Below, piece after piece: positions 37,485 through 51,769 of a DNA stretch of 64,000 nucleotides. The notes under the pieces are model-generated. The model searched no databases. It had not been told where the DNA came from and was given only the letters and a program-made list of their open reading frames with translations. The stretch is from positions 5,734,487 through 5,798,486 of the forward strand of contig NC_068981.1 in NCBI RefSeq assembly GCF_001194135.2, written 5' to 3'. Source of the stretch: Octopus bimaculoides. Taxonomy: Eukaryota. The translations under genes were made by a program, and so were the position numbers. The stretch's first letter is position 1. Every line of letters starts with the position of its first letter.

Positions 37485-37531
37485 TGTCAAAATATTTTCA
37501 TCGCTTTGAAACCACAACCTGTTCACTGACA
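37485..37531 (-). ncRNA. Type-I hammerhead motif with G3:C8 covariant core
   Basis: UGUCA-GUGAACA-G-GUUGU(GGUUUCAAA)GCGAU-GAAA-AUAU-UU-UGACA. Helix I 5 bp; helix II 5 bp with wobbles; palindromic helix III AAUAUU. Confidence 0.65.
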
Positions 37532-37616
37532 AAACATCGTGCAGCATGGTATTCTGCATGTTCTTAAATGGCTTATAAGCATCTACCTGTTGAGGTGAAT
37601 CTAACGGTTTTTTGAA

Positions 37617-37967
37617 TAATGGACATCACCAGGGAGAGTGATTAGACATGGCTTGCACTACATGTGTTTAGCTAAATATTGGTGTATGTGTACATGCGTA
37701 AGTAAATACATGTATGCATGTATCTATATACATGCATTTGAGTGGGGTAAGGTATGCGTGTGTGTATACACACATACACACACACACTATATATATCTCC
37801 ATACACATATACACACAAATATACATGCATACCTTACCCCACACAAACGCATGTATATAGATACAAGCATACATGTATTTACTTACACATGTACGCACAC
37901 ACCAATATTTAGCTAAACACATGTAGCACAAGCCATGTATAATCGCTCTTCCTGGTAATGTCCATTA
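37617..37967. repeat. Long palindrome/fold-back with ~150-bp arms and a (CA/TA)n centre
   Basis: The left arm from TAATGGACATCACCAGG is the reverse complement of the right arm ending CCTGGTAATGTCCATTA; this explains the mirror ORFs 37638+ and 37668-. Confidence 0.9.
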
Positions 37968-38972
37968 ATCTAACACCTCACAAACCACTCATGGAGGGAT
38001 TCCTGTTAGAATCTGGTTGGCAGTGATTTGTTTATTTCTTGGAAAAATATGGTTACCATTTGAAGTTTATGGAATCTTTTCCTTCATTCATTTCTTTCTT
38101 GGCAAATCAACATCATTTAACATCCTCCATTCATGTTGGCATGGGTTGGATGATTCAACAGGAGCTGGCAAGCCAGAGGATTGCACCAGGTTCCAATGTC
38201 TGATTTGGAATGGTTCCTATGGTTGGATGCTCTTCGAAACACCATCCACTTTACAGAGTGTACTGGGTGCTTTCTACGTGGCATCAGAAACAGTGAGGTT
38301 ACTAATTTGTAGAATAGGTTGAATAAAGCAGTTGTAAAATAACTTGCAATGTGGGTTTTTACAAGGAATGTCCTGCACACAATCATAGCCCTCAGTGATG
38401 CTCACATCATTTGGACAATACGCGATATGTTCCCCACAGATGTGACATCACCATCTTAACAGCATTGGCAAAAAGCGATTCTGTGTTGTGGTCCGATTTT
38501 GATGATCCTTTATCAATATTTTCATCCCTACATTCCTCTGACCTCCATCTATCACTGTGCACCCTACCTCTCACCCTATCATCTCCCTATGGTTTCATTA
38601 TACTCTTACTCTCTCCCCTGCCATTCTTTTGTACTGTCACTTATAACCCCCTCCAGCCTGACCTACCCCAGACTTAAAGATTAAGCCAGACTTACCCCGC
38701 CCCCCAGTACACTTAATAGTATTGAATTGCCCAAGACAACTGGAGTGTCATAATACCTGACCTCTCCCTTGTCGATGGCTCTTTTATAGCCACCTTCACA
38801 TCAGAATCTCTTTAGAGCTACCTGAGGACACGGTTGCTGCAGTTGGAAACATGCAAGATATACTTAAACCAGATGCCATCATTACACATGAACCAAAACA
38901 AATGAAGGCACACAAGAGGAATGGAAAAGAAAACTGAAGGGAATTAATAGAAAAAACAAATAGCAGCAGCCT

Positions 38973-39026
38973 CAATTGGCAGCCATAACAATTGGCAGCC
39001 ATAACAATTGGCAGCCATAACAATTG
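38973..39026. repeat. 16-bp perfect tandem repeat x3.4 (CAATTGGCAGCCATAA)
   Basis: Read directly. Confidence 0.92.
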
Positions 39027-39329
39027 ATAGAATTGGAAAAATATCATCTGTAGAACAGAATGGAAGTTACCATTATTAATCAAAGGACCAGTGAAGATTG
39101 GTCTGTTGAGAAAATAACCCAAAAGTGATCTACTCATTTACCAATGATGCAGAACCATTGTTTCATCCATTATCCACAACGCCAAAGAGGAATGGTGGTG
39201 GTGGCGAGGAGATTCTACCGAAACAATACTGTTCCATTTTCAGTGATGTTGATGTGGTTGACTTGCGCAGAATTAATGAAGTAAATATAATCTCATTCCT
39301 GACAGAGCTTTCGGCACCATGGACGTCAA

Positions 39330-39880
39330 AGTAGCAATAAATAAAACAGAATTCTTATTTATCGCTGCTATGGTGTCCATGGACCTGAAATCCACCCAGC
39401 AGTAAGCTCTGATATATTCCTTGTTTGTATCCGAAAGGAAGTTAACATCAGCTTACATCCCTTCTAGCTAATCTCTGGAGGAAATTGCAGAACACATCTT
39501 ATATATCAGAACATGTTCTATTTTAATCTGTCATTCCAGTCTTCAAGAAGGGAAACAGTTAAAGTTATTTGCAGTAAATTAGCATCAAATCTCGTTTACC
39601 TCTCATACCATTCCAGCATTAAGGAGAGAGATGAGAGAAAGAATAAAAGACTTCCTGTACAGCGACAGTAACAAATCCCAAACAGCATGGCTTCTGCAGC
39701 ATCGAAGACTATTTAACATTATTCCAACATCATTTTGATGAAGTTTTAAATGCTTTGGGAGAGAGATCCAACACAAATATCATATTTCATGATTTTAGCC
39801 AATTTTGGAGTCGATGGAAAACTACTGCAGCGGAAGACATCAGCAGGCATTGAGCAAACAATTTAATTTGATTAATTACA
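39330..39880 (+). mobile_element. CR1-type LINE RT remnant
   Basis: VIPVFKKGN, QHGF and IFHDFS motifs in the correct order, with many stops and frameshifts. Confidence 0.75.
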
Positions 39881-40435
39881 ATCGCTTTCTCAGACTCCTT
39901 TGAAAAATGCTAAAATCTAAAAAAATAAAATAGTTGTCTTCTTAGGGCCTTTATTGTTAATCCAGTTACCTATCATCATCATCATCATCTGAGGTCCGTT
40001 TTTCCATGCTGGCATGGGTCGGATAGTTTTGACAGGAGCTGGCAAGCCAGAGAACTGTACCAGGCTCCCATTGTTTATTTTGGCATGGTGTCTACTGTTG
40101 GATGCCCTTCCTAATGCCAACCACTTTAGAGAGCGCACTGGATGCTTTTTATGTGGCACAAGCACAACTCAGTTGCTGTAATTCTATGACTCCTTTCTGT
40201 AGCACCAGATATTCCCCTCCTTGGGCCACTTTTATCCCCCATGATACATTTTCAATATCAACCCCTACTCTTTAGTTTCCACTGAATTACCCTTTCTTCT
40301 CAACATCCTCTTGTATCTACGGCCTTTGATGCCACTCCCCACCCACTGCCTTTATTCATATTTTCATCCCTACATACCTCTGACCTCCATCTATCACTGT
40401 GCATCTCTCTCATCCCCTCCCACACTTCACACTGC

Positions 40436-40940
40436 AACGTTGAAATTGTTGCCTCGGTGAGGTCAATTAAGTACGTCATCAAGTACAGAAGCTGCTGTGA
40501 AAACGAAATTAGTTAATATCTAATGGAGAAGTATATTGGACCATCCGAAGCAGTTGCATCCATTTTAGGATTTTCAATTCATGAAAGAGCACCTGCAATA
40601 ATGAAACAAAGTTCATCAACCTGATGAACAAAGAATATGGCTCAGAAATCATGCAAAAATATATGTACATGGCTGCCAATGAACAACGTACGAGAACAAC
40701 ATTGACAGAATTGTTTTCATTGTGCATCATTGATGACTTTGCAAAGACATTGCCTTATGCTAAAGAACTAGTGTATTTCACTCGGAACAATAACAAAGAG
40801 TGGCAAAGAAGAAAGTGAGGAAAAAAGTTGAAGAAGGTAATTTGAATGTTTTCAAAGAAGTAACACTTGGCTGTGTTTATGTTGTCACACCAAAGGCAGG
40901 AAAACTGTATTATCTAAGAATTTTATTGCATGAAGTTCAA
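40436..40940 (+). mobile_element. Helitron Rep/helicase gene fragment (pseudogenised)
   Basis: NVEIVASVRSIKYVIKY...YIGPSEAVASILGFSIHERAP...TTLTELFSLC..DDFAKTLPY...TLGCVYVVTP...YYLRILLHEV, the conserved post-Rep region of Helitrons. Confidence 0.88.
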
Positions 40941-41022
40941 AATAGTATTTTTTCTTTTCCTGTTGCGCATCAATATTTTCAACTTGGAGTGGTTGTGACC
41001 CAACAAGCCACAATGGGTACAT

Positions 41023-41053
<31 letters not shown>

Positions 41054-41205
41054 CATCATCATCATCGTTTAACGTCCGCTGTCCATGCTAGCATGGGTTG
41101 GACGATTTGACTGAGGACTGGTGCAACCGGATGGCTACACCAGGCTCCAATCTAATTTGGCAGAGTTTCTACAGCTGGATGCCCTTCCTAACGCCAACCA
41201 CTCAG

Positions 41206-41269
<64 letters not shown>

Positions 41270-44200
41270 ACAGAAGAAGATCACTAAAGTTATGTTTGTC
41301 CCTTGGTGATCAATGAAGACAATGGCTTCAAATATACAGGACCCCAACAGAGGACACATCCATGCAGGGAAGCAGAGCATTAGAACTATTCCTGCCCATA
41401 CAACACCCTTTGTGTACCTGAAGGTATAGAAATGACAGTATTTCATTGCCATTCATGTATGACAGCCACCACTGCTGCCAAGTAAGGTCTACTGTCTCAG
41501 GCTTGATAAAGCTTCAACCATCAGTAAACCATGAAGTTCACAAGTGACTCAATGGATGCAAGTTTCATGCATTGCACTTGAACCTCTGAGAAGTGCCAGG
41601 CCCAAAATTCTTGGCTTCTCAATCATATTTTGAAACTTTGCAGCTGAATAAACAAATATAGTTATTCCGTTTCTATTTGATCCAGCAAACCTCTGAGTGT
41701 GTGGTGTCTTGTCTTGATGCCGTGTGATGTTTTTAATTGAGCACCAGCGTCATACGAATGCTGTTGTTTGTTTCCAATCTTCCATGCAAACTTGTCCAAC
41801 CATGGATGAAATATTTTGTTGCTTGGAAACTGGTGAGAGTTGGTGACAGGAAGGGCATCCAACTGTAGAAAATCTGCCTCACAGAGTTCCATCTGATCCA
41901 TGCAAGCACAGAAAAGTAGATGTTAAACGATGGTGGTGATGCACGTTTTCAGAGTTGTTTCATTTGCTTAATACTTATAATAATTTTCTAATTCTTCAAG
42001 AAATTGAATAGTTTCCTTTTACAAGAACAAAAATAAAAAAAAAATAAATAAGTGTCATTGTAAGTGATTGTGATAAAGACATTAACACTGTGCTAAATTG
42101 AGATTTCTTCTGCAGAGAGATTCTTTCTAATTAGACAATGAGAATTCCTTCAGGACAACGGCTTCTCAATATAGAAGACATGTCAAAACCAGAGATGACT
42201 TGTTACATGCGAGTTGTGCCAGGCAACAGTTGAAATCCGAAGAACGGCAATGAATATTCATAAATCTCTGAACATTAGAAGAACTGCCTGACATCTCATT
42301 TCAAAACCACAATATTAACCGATTCTGAAATCGGCAGTGTAACAAATTGTAATCAAATATTCACAAGCAGGATTCACAGACAAGGCTGGCCACAGAATAG
42401 AATTTAACAAGGAAAATTTCCATGATTCAAAAGATCGCAGATGAACTTATTGACCTTTTATTAAAGGATCAAATTGATCTCTGGATTAAGAAAGGAATAT
42501 TCTTTGCCGTATTTAGTCTTAATTCTTTATCCTCTAAGTTCAAATCCCACCCAAGATAACTTTACTTTCCATATTTCCTGGAGTCTTCTCTTCTAATTCC
42601 GTTCACATCTCGGATGTTTCACAGGATTATTAACAGACCCAGTATTTGACTGGTACTTTGTTTCGTCAGCCTAGGGAAAAATGAAGGACAGAATTAACTA
42701 TAGTGGGATTTGAACTTAGAACATAGGGGCCTCTAAATGCCTCAGGGATTTTGTCTAACGCACTAATGGTTCTGCTAATCCATTGTTGATAAATTACAAG
42801 TCAATTGTAATCAATTGATTTAATTGACTAAAAATGATACAAGGGTGCCCTGTGTAGCCAGCTATAGGAATGGTACAAGGGAACTCTGATAGTCAACTAT
42901 ATGAATGATACTAATAATACTAGGAAATTCTGATATTTTTGGAAGCACCCCCAAGAATCAATCTTAACTGTGTATCATTCAGATCCTAACCAAATGTCCA
43001 CCGATTCCTGTTTTTACTATTATGGTTTTGATGTATCTATAGATTTATAAATAATTCAATAACCTATGCCATCCCCACATTTTCCTAGCTTGGCACCGTA
43101 TTCCTCTTAATTAACCCCAACTCAGTATTAATCAAACCAACCAATAATTGAAATCATTCCAACTGTTGCAATCACACCTTTTTTCTTCAAAAGTGTAATT
43201 AGGATAACATCAAGGTGTGTGGTCTAATAGTTAGGGGTGTTGCACTCATGATCGCTAGATCATGGGTTCAATTCCTGAACTGGGTGACACATTGGGGGAA
43301 AAAAAAAACTTTCCTTTTGCACATTGCTCCAGTCCACTCAGCTGTAAATGGGTCACCATGTGATGGAATACCCTTCCGATCAGGGGGAAATGCCTAGTTA
43401 GTGGAGTAGCATCATTTGAAGGCTCAAACAATGTAAAGTGCATTGTAACAAGTGATGTGTAACATCTACTAGTTTGGTTGATACCATGATCTAGGTTAAC
43501 ATTATCCAACAATGGTTTTGCTTTGAGATAATAGAACTTTATGTGAAGGAGATTTGGCTGCTGTTTCTAGCTCCACCGCATAAGCTCAATAATATATTAA
43601 TATAGTCGTTTCATAGTAAAACTCTGTATGAAGTGTTTCCAACATGTGAAGTAATATATTTTACCATCATTAACAATAGACTGATTGTGTTCTAATCTAA
43701 AACAAAAAACAAAACAAATCAGGCTGCTTTGTTTTGATGTTACTCAAACCAACAACAAATGAAAGATTTATTATCAGGTTGACAAGAATTCCCATAATTA
43801 CTGGAGACATAATTATATAATTAAGAAATAATGCAATTATTTATTTGGGAGAATATATGAAATTAAGATAAATGTAATAATGGCTGTGTGAAGAATTCAT
43901 ACATAATCCAAAAACAGCTTTCTGTTGACGTCAGCAAGGAAACACGGTATTCCACCCAATTCACTTTGGATACAATGGGGGCAGTGGTAGACTGGCCAGG
44001 TTGCCTGATGGCAAGTGGGCCCCTGCGCCATTAGAATCCATATGTGCGGGTCCATGTAAATATCTAAGGAGCCTATCCCCTTGAGTTTGAGAATTTTTTA
44101 TTTACTCCTGGAAGAATGCATTAATTATTTCAGCCTGGCTGTGTTTGGAGACAGTTGAAAAGAATACTTTTAACAAAAAAAAAATTAAATGATAGCATTG

Positions 44201-45891
44201 TAGTTGCACTGAATTGGGGTATGGCAGTGGTGGTGAGGATGATGGAGAGAAATATATCAATTGTGACTTGGAAAAACTAGCAATGTCCAGTTGGCATTCT
44301 TTTATTATGGGGTTGGCTTTGTACAAAGAAAAGCATTAATAAAGGGGGGGGGGGACGCGCGCACGCGCACGCACACACACACACACACACACATTAAAAT
44401 TCAAAAGTGCATTTGTTCTAAACTTCATTTAGATAATAGATGCAGGCGTGACCATGTGGTAAGAAGCTTGTTCCCACCTGCATGGTTCTGGGTTCAGTCC
44501 CACTGTGTGGCACTTTAGGCAAGTGCCTTCTACAATAACCTAGGTTTGCCCAAAGCTTTGTGGGTGGATTTGGTAGGAGACTGCAAAGAAGCCCATCGTG
44601 TGTGTGTGTCAACCACCACTTGACAACCAGTGTTGGCATATCTGTGTCCCCATAACCTAGCAGTTCGGCAAAAGAGACTGACAGAATAAGTACCAGACTT
44701 TAAAAAATAACTACAGGGGTCAATTCACTTGACTAAATATTCAAGGTGGTGCTCCAGCATGGCTGCAGTTTGATGACAGAAACAAATGAAAGAATCTTTT
44801 CTACTCTAGGCACAAGGCCCAAAATTTTGAGGGAAGGGGACAGTCAATTAGATTGACTGCAGTACGCAACTGGTACTTAATTTATCATCCCCGAAAGGAT
44901 GAAAAGCAAAGTTGACCTCGGCGGACTTTGAACTCAGAACATAAAGACAGATGAAATACCGCTAAGCATTTCGCCTGACAGGCTCACGATTTTGCTAGTT
45001 CTCTGCCTTGCAACAAATGAAGGGATAAAACAATTCAGATAGAAAGACCGATTCCTATTACTTCCAGCAATATAAACATTTTAGCAAGACGCGGAAGAAA
45101 TGTAAGGAATGGGGTGGGGATGAAATCCATTCTTTTAGAGAATAAAATCTACAAAAACAATCAACCGAACAATTCTATTTTCTGGAGTTTGTGTTTTTCT
45201 CTCTAATTTCCAATCCGTTGAGTTAAATGTGAAATGTTAAACAAGGTGGTTAGTATAACATCTGAGTTGTTATATCATTTAGAGACACTGTTTGTTGCGA
45301 AGTACAATGGTGATGCTGTTCTAGCAAGATTCTGCTGATTGCACAGCAAGGAATTAAAATGATATTAATGGAACTGTCCCTTTGCAGGCAATCAAACAGA
45401 AAATAGGTTTAACTCCCATTTCGAGGTGGAAATATCGGTTTTAAAGAACGGCTGTCTTTAACTGGTGACAGTTGTTTTTTTTTTTTTATCATTTATATGT
45501 AAATATCAATAAACTCACCCATCCATACAAATACGCATACAATATTTATAAGATCACAGTTGACATTGTTTATCAACCTACCCACCCAACACCAAGATCT
45601 GAAAATTTAGGTGCCACTGCTATTTTCTAGTATGTTTGTTTGATTGGTTGATGACCAAGTTTACTAATTTAGTAACTAATGTTCTATCTTTTACTTGTTT
45701 TCAGTCATTAGACTGTGGCCACGCTGGGGCACTGCCTTGAGGGAGTTTAGTTGAATGGATTAACCCTAGAACTTCTATTTTTTAAACCTCGTACTTACTC
45801 ATTCTCTTTTTGTAGAACTGCTATGTTACGTGGATGCAAGCACATCAACATTGGTTGAGGGACAAACATAGACACACACTTATATAGTGTT

Positions 45892-45936
<45 letters not shown>

Positions 45937-45947
45937 GGGCTTCTTTC

Positions 45948-45990
<43 letters not shown>

Positions 45991-46022
45991 TACACATACA
46001 CACACACACACACATGGGCTTC

Positions 46023-46075
<53 letters not shown>

Positions 46076-48267
46076 CACACACACATGGGCTTCTTTCAGT
46101 TTCCATCAACCCAATCTACTCACAAGGGTTTGGTTGCCCTTGAACTATGGCAGAAAACACTTGCTCAACGTACCACACAGTGGCACTGAACCTGGAACCA
46201 TGCGGTTGGGAAGCAAGCTTCTTACCACACAACCCCTCCTACACCTAATGATAAAGGAAAATATATTCAGTCTTCAAAATTTTGTTGTTTCATTTGAGTT
46301 TCTTGGAGATTATGGGCCCAGCTAAGATCTATTCAAAAGGTTCACATGATGAAGAAGTTATGGTTTATGTCAGCATCATCATCATTTAACATGTGTATTC
46401 CACGTTGGAATGGGCTGGATGGTTCAAGAGGAACTGGATGAGCCAGAGAACTGCACCAAGTGCTATTTGTCTGCTTTGGCACTGTTTCTACAGCTGGGTG
46501 CCCTTCCTAATGTCAACCACTTTACAGAGTGTACCTAGTGCTTTTTACATGGCACTAGCACCAGTGCAGTGACCAAAGTAGTTACATGGTACCATAAATT
46601 AGTTCTACACAAGTGTGAATATGTGGTAAGAAGCTTGCTTCCCAACCACATGGTTCTGGGTTCAGTCCCACTGCATGGCACCTTGGGAGAGACAAACCAA
46701 ATCCACTCATGAGGTTTTGGTTGGCCCAGGGCTATAGAAGAGGCTCGCTCAAGTTGCTATTGTGTGGGACTGAACCCAAAGCCATGAGGTTGCAGAGCAA
46801 ACTTCATAACCACCTCTATGAGAAATAGTCAATTAGGTGCTAAAACAATATTGTAAATAAAACAATTAGAAAAGGAGATAAAAATCAATCAGAAGAGATG
46901 ACTCTGGAGCTTAGATTAAAAACTAATTGGACAAATACAGTGAAGACAACTCCAGGTATGTTCCAGCCTTATTAGATCTCCTCAATGAAGCATAATCTTA
47001 ATGAGTACTAGTCAGGCCTTAGATGGTACATAACCCAATTAGGTTTCAAACTTTGCTGAGATCAGATAGTTGTTATCTTTCAGGAGTCAATGGGTACCTG
47101 AGATATACTGCAGTGAATTTAACATCGGTTAGTGTTGCTAAGATAAAAACACCGAGTTCTGTTTGAGATTTTTGATAAAAAATATCGTAAACAAAAAATT
47201 GTTACTCCTGCAGGTGCTGGAGTGGCTGTGCAGTAAGAAGCTTGGCTTCCCAACCACATGGTTCCAGGTTCAAACCCATTGCGTGGCGCCTTCAGCAAGT
47301 GTCTTCTACTATAGCCTCAGGCTGACCAAAGCCTTATGAGTGGATTTGGTAGATGGAAACTGAAAACCTGTCATATATATGCGTGTGTGTGTGTGTGTGT
47401 GCGTGCGCACGCGAGCACGTGCATTTGTATGTCTGTATTTGTCCTCCCACCATTGTTTGACAACTAACATTGGTGTGTTTACATGTCTGTCACTCAGCGG
47501 TTCGGCAAAAGAGCCTGATAGAATAAGTACTAGGCTTACAAAGAATAAGTCCTGGGGTCGATTTGTTCAACAAAAGGCGGTGCTCCAGCACGGCCAGTCA
47601 AACTGAATGAAACAAGTAACAGAACAGAAATGAATAATAAATTCTGAGATGCTTCAAGGGTTACTGCTCTTGGACTCATTGTCATGAGTTTCTTCAGGTT
47701 AGCCAATTATTGTGTGCTGCTGCAACCGTCTATCCATTGTTTTCGTGCTGTGACAGCGCTTTGGCCAGGTGCTGATTCTTCTAATGTCAGCTGACTGCCG
47801 TCTTCTGTATTCGGCTTGATGTCTGCCATCAGCTGTTTGTCGGTTGGGACTAAAATGCTCTGAATATATTTGTACCAAAGATAAAATTGTTGCTAGATCC
47901 AGTTTTACACACAATCCTGAATGGTCAGATTTTTTGATGATTTTTTTTTTTGTGATTGCATTTGTGAGTTGCTTTTTTTTTTTTTTTTTTTTTTTTGCAT
48001 TGGATATAGTGATCCAGGTTTAATTACTAAATATTCCTGCCACAGTGTTTTCGTTAACCGAAGTCATTGAAGTAGTACAAAAATCTAGATATTCCAACCC
48101 TCTACATCAAAACCAATTAATGTAACCTCAGATTGTTCAAGAATATTCTTTAGAGTAACAAAAAAAATAAATAAATAAAAATGGAAGTGGTTCTCTATGT
48201 TGCAGTTAATTTTATATGTCCAGGTTTTACTAGTTAAGAATAAATACATGTTAGACTGGTTAAGATG

Positions 48268-48302
<35 letters not shown>

Positions 48303-49771
48303 TTTTGTATAACTTCTGGGAAAAAAAAAACTTTATTAAGACAAAAAAGAAAAAAGAAAACCCCAATTTCTATGAAGACAAAATCTCTTTTTGCTTTAAT
48401 GATTAAAAAATTTGGAAATTCAAAACAAAAATTGTTTCTTTCATGTAGATTAAATTGAAATCCTTAAATAAAGGCAATGTACTTCCCTCCGCCCACATTT
48501 TCTTCTCTCTTGGACTGTCTATGGGAATTCATAATTGGTGTCTCTTCAGAGAAAATGGTTTGTGTTCGTATTGTAGGAAACTGAATGCAACAGACAGAGA
48601 GAGAGAGAAAGAGAGACAGAGAGAGGGAGAGAAAGAGAGAGAGAAAAAAAAGCACAAAAAATTTTGGAAAAATAATAAAAAGCTCTCACTGGCATCGATC
48701 CTAATTATTATTTTATTCCTGGCCACAAATTTAAATCCACCAACTCTCATTTGTCAGATATCAAAATTATACCAGTAATATACTGTGTTTAAAATGATTG
48801 CAAATCTCTTCCTTCTCATATCTTGCTTCTTCTCACCCCTGCCTTATCACACCTCTCATCCCCATCTCCTGACCAAAAACTGACCACCACCACTGCCATC
48901 AGCACCACCACCACCACCATCAGCACCACCACCACCACCGCCATCACCACCACCACAAAGAGATGAGAAAATCAATAATTCAACTTTGTTTAGAATGTTG
49001 AAATTCAATATGATAAGACGAAGGTCTTTCAGAAATATAATCCATTGCGTTTGATGGAAACAAAGAATTCATTTCCAAGAATAGCTGGCTCATTAAAAAG
49101 CTTCCTTCCCAACCTTGAGCACTCAGATTTTGTCCCACTGTATGCTATCCTGGGCAAGTTCTACTATAGCCTCAGGCTGACCAAAGTTTTGGGAGTGAAT
49201 TTGGTAGATAGAAACCAAAACCTAAGTGCACTGCTTTTTATAGCAAAAACAGCTCTGAGCTAATTGCATTGATTACAGGATTCCTGGTCTCTTGATTAAT
49301 TAATATTACACTCTGCACCCAACTAACACCTCTAAAGCAGAAATATATTGACTTCTAACAACTGGTAATTAATGTTACTAGTTCTAATAAGCAGAGGGGA
49401 CTTTCTTCCTGTCTGGTATCAGTTCATCTGCTGTTGTGAATGACGACCAAGGACACCACATGGGAGAAGATGGGGCATGATGTGTCCAGCTGTGACCAAG
49501 CAGTCTGGTGCATGCTTGGAAGGTTCTGATGCCGGTCAGGTACTGAAGGCCTGCCAGGACTGAAGGTGACAAGTTGGCTCTGGATTGGTGCAATTACCAT
49601 TTCATTTGTGCCCCTGCAACCCTGTTCTGTTCCTAGGAAGTGGCACCTTTGTTGGTGCAGTCCTATATTTAACAGACGAGGAATTATATACATTATTGAG
49701 GCAAGTGAAATCGAAATCAAATTTGATGACAGCACTGCATGACCGGCATCTGTGCTAGTGGAGCGCTAAGA

Positions 49772-50035
49772 GCACCATCCAAGCGTGATCGTTGCCAGGG
49801 CAGCTGACTGGCTCCCATGCCGGTGGCACGTAAAAAGCACCATTCAAGCGTGATTGTTACCAGCGTCGCCTTACTGGCACTTGTGCTGGTGGCACGTGAA
49901 AAAAAAATATTCAAGCGAGGTCGTTGCCAGTGCCGCTGGACTGGCTCCTGTGCAGGTGTCATGTAAAAACACCATTTGAGCATGGCCGTTGCCAGTACTG
50001 CCTGACTGGCTCTTTTACCTGTGGCACATAAAAGC
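49772..50035 (+). repeat. Internal ~65-bp VNTR (4 units) of the RTE-tail repeat; reversed copy at ~52470-52720
   Basis: Unit GCACCATTCAAGCGTGATCGTTGCCAG..GACTGGCTCC..GTGGCACGTAAAAA. Confidence 0.8.
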
Positions 50036-51513
50036 ACCCACTACACTCTTGGAGTGGTTGGCATTAGGAAGGGCATCCAGCTGTAGAAATTCTACCAGAT
50101 CAGATTGGAGCCTGGTGCAGTCGCTGTGTCTCTAGACCTCAGTCTGAACTGTCCAACCCATGCTAGCATGGAAGGCAGACATTAAACGATGATGATGATA
50201 TCTCACACACACATATATATGTGCATGCACGCACACTAGGCTTCTTCAGTTTCAATCTAATGATTTCAATCAAGGTAAAGTTGAACCACATTTAGAGAAC
50301 AGAGTAGCAGATGACAATGTCCATGCAGTGGGACTGAACCCCTAACCACATGGCTCTGAAGTGAACTTCTTAGCCACACAGTCATCCCTGCAACTTAGAT
50401 AATCCTCAGCCCCTTGACATCCTTATTGTCTTCCCTAACCCCAAACTAAATACTTCCGTTAGTCCTTCCTTCCTTCCTTCCTGGAACTATAAACCCCTGG
50501 AATTCTCACATTCCTTTATAATTTCTATACAAATGTTAATCTACAGAACAAACTGTTAAACATTAATCACATCAATCTCATCAGTCAGATAGACCCATGA
50601 GTGATGAAGGGAAACAGAACAAAACAAAAACAAACGACATGTACACACATTCTTATGTCTAACAAAATCAAGTTGAAAGTAAATTCAACTGAAGAACAAG
50701 TTTTTAATATCTTTTGTCGGTATCTTCACTTTGGCCATAAATTTACCCCGACTGGAAAGATGGAAGGAATTTGCTCAAGTAGGAGTTAATAATAGTCTGA
50801 TTTTTCTCAAGTTCCTACACTTAGGCGTTTCTCATTTGAACAGGTTTTAGCAGCATTAATATAGCCGTATACTTCATCTGTCAATGAGAATGATTTAAAA
50901 GAAAATTCCTTGAAAATGTCTGTACTTCATCTGAGTTGATTTCTTAAATGAAAATGACAAGACGATTCTCTGGATATTCTCTTCCTCACTTCTTACATTT
51001 CAAAACCAACAACAAGTAGAATACTTTCGAAATAAAGTTAGATATCTGTTAACTTCAACTACATAGGTTGACCCTTTCTAAGGTCACACATAAACCCTAC
51101 CCCCACACCACATCTGCAGCAATTTTAAAACCATTATTAAGTGCCATTAACAAAAATAAGAGGATTGGCAGGTTTAAGAAATTGTTGCAATTCATTGAAA
51201 TCTCCATCATCAACTCTTGAGTTTAAATCATTTTAAAACATTTTAGAAGACAATATTCATGACAAGAAAGAAAATGGAGTTTGAAAGAATTCGGAGTTGA
51301 AATGGTTAAAGAATGATTTGGTTCCATGTTTTGTCTTTTACTTGTTCCAGTGTTGGACTGTGGCCATACTGGGGCACTGCCTTGAAGAACTTTTAGTCAA
51401 ATGAATCCAACCCGGTACCTGTCTCATTTTTTTTTAAAGCCTGGTATTTTATCGGTCTCTTTTGCTGAGTGACTAAGTTACAGGGATGTAAACGCACCAA
51501 CACTGGTTGTCAA

Positions 51514-51744
51514 GAGTTCCTTTTGAGCGTTGGGCCTCATGGAGGCAAAGTGGCCGAGCTCCTGAGCTGCATGGAGGTAAAATAGCAGAGTTCCTTTTGA
51601 GTGTTGGGTCTCACAGAGGTAAGGAGGCTGAGTTCCTTTTGAACAGGCCTTATGGAGGTGAGATGGCTGAGTTCCTTTCGAGCGTTAGGCCTTATGGAGG
51701 CAAAGTGGCCGAGCACCTTTCGAGTGTTGGGCCTCACGGAGGCA
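51514..51744. repeat. ~42-bp minisatellite, about six units
   Basis: Unit GAGTTCCTTTCGAGCGTTGGGCCTCACGGAGGCAAAGTGGCC; a single unit occurs reversed at ~57715-57755. Confidence 0.85.
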
Positions 51745-51769
51745 ATGACCAAGACACAGACACATATAT

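Noticed and set aside
47698-47828. Short minus-strand ORF MADIKPNTEDGSQLTLEESAPGQSAVTARKQWIDGCSSTQ as VAT1L exon 1; adjacent CUGAAGA + 6-bp stem as an HHR
   Set aside because: The ORF stops after 40 codons with no good donor and no VAT-1 motif. The HHR-like piece lacks GAAA and helix I.
49772-50035. CRISPR-like array (conserved blocks with variable middles)
   Set aside because: The middles are homologous to each other, the units lie inside an RTE-tail repeat, there are no cas genes, and the DNA is eukaryotic.
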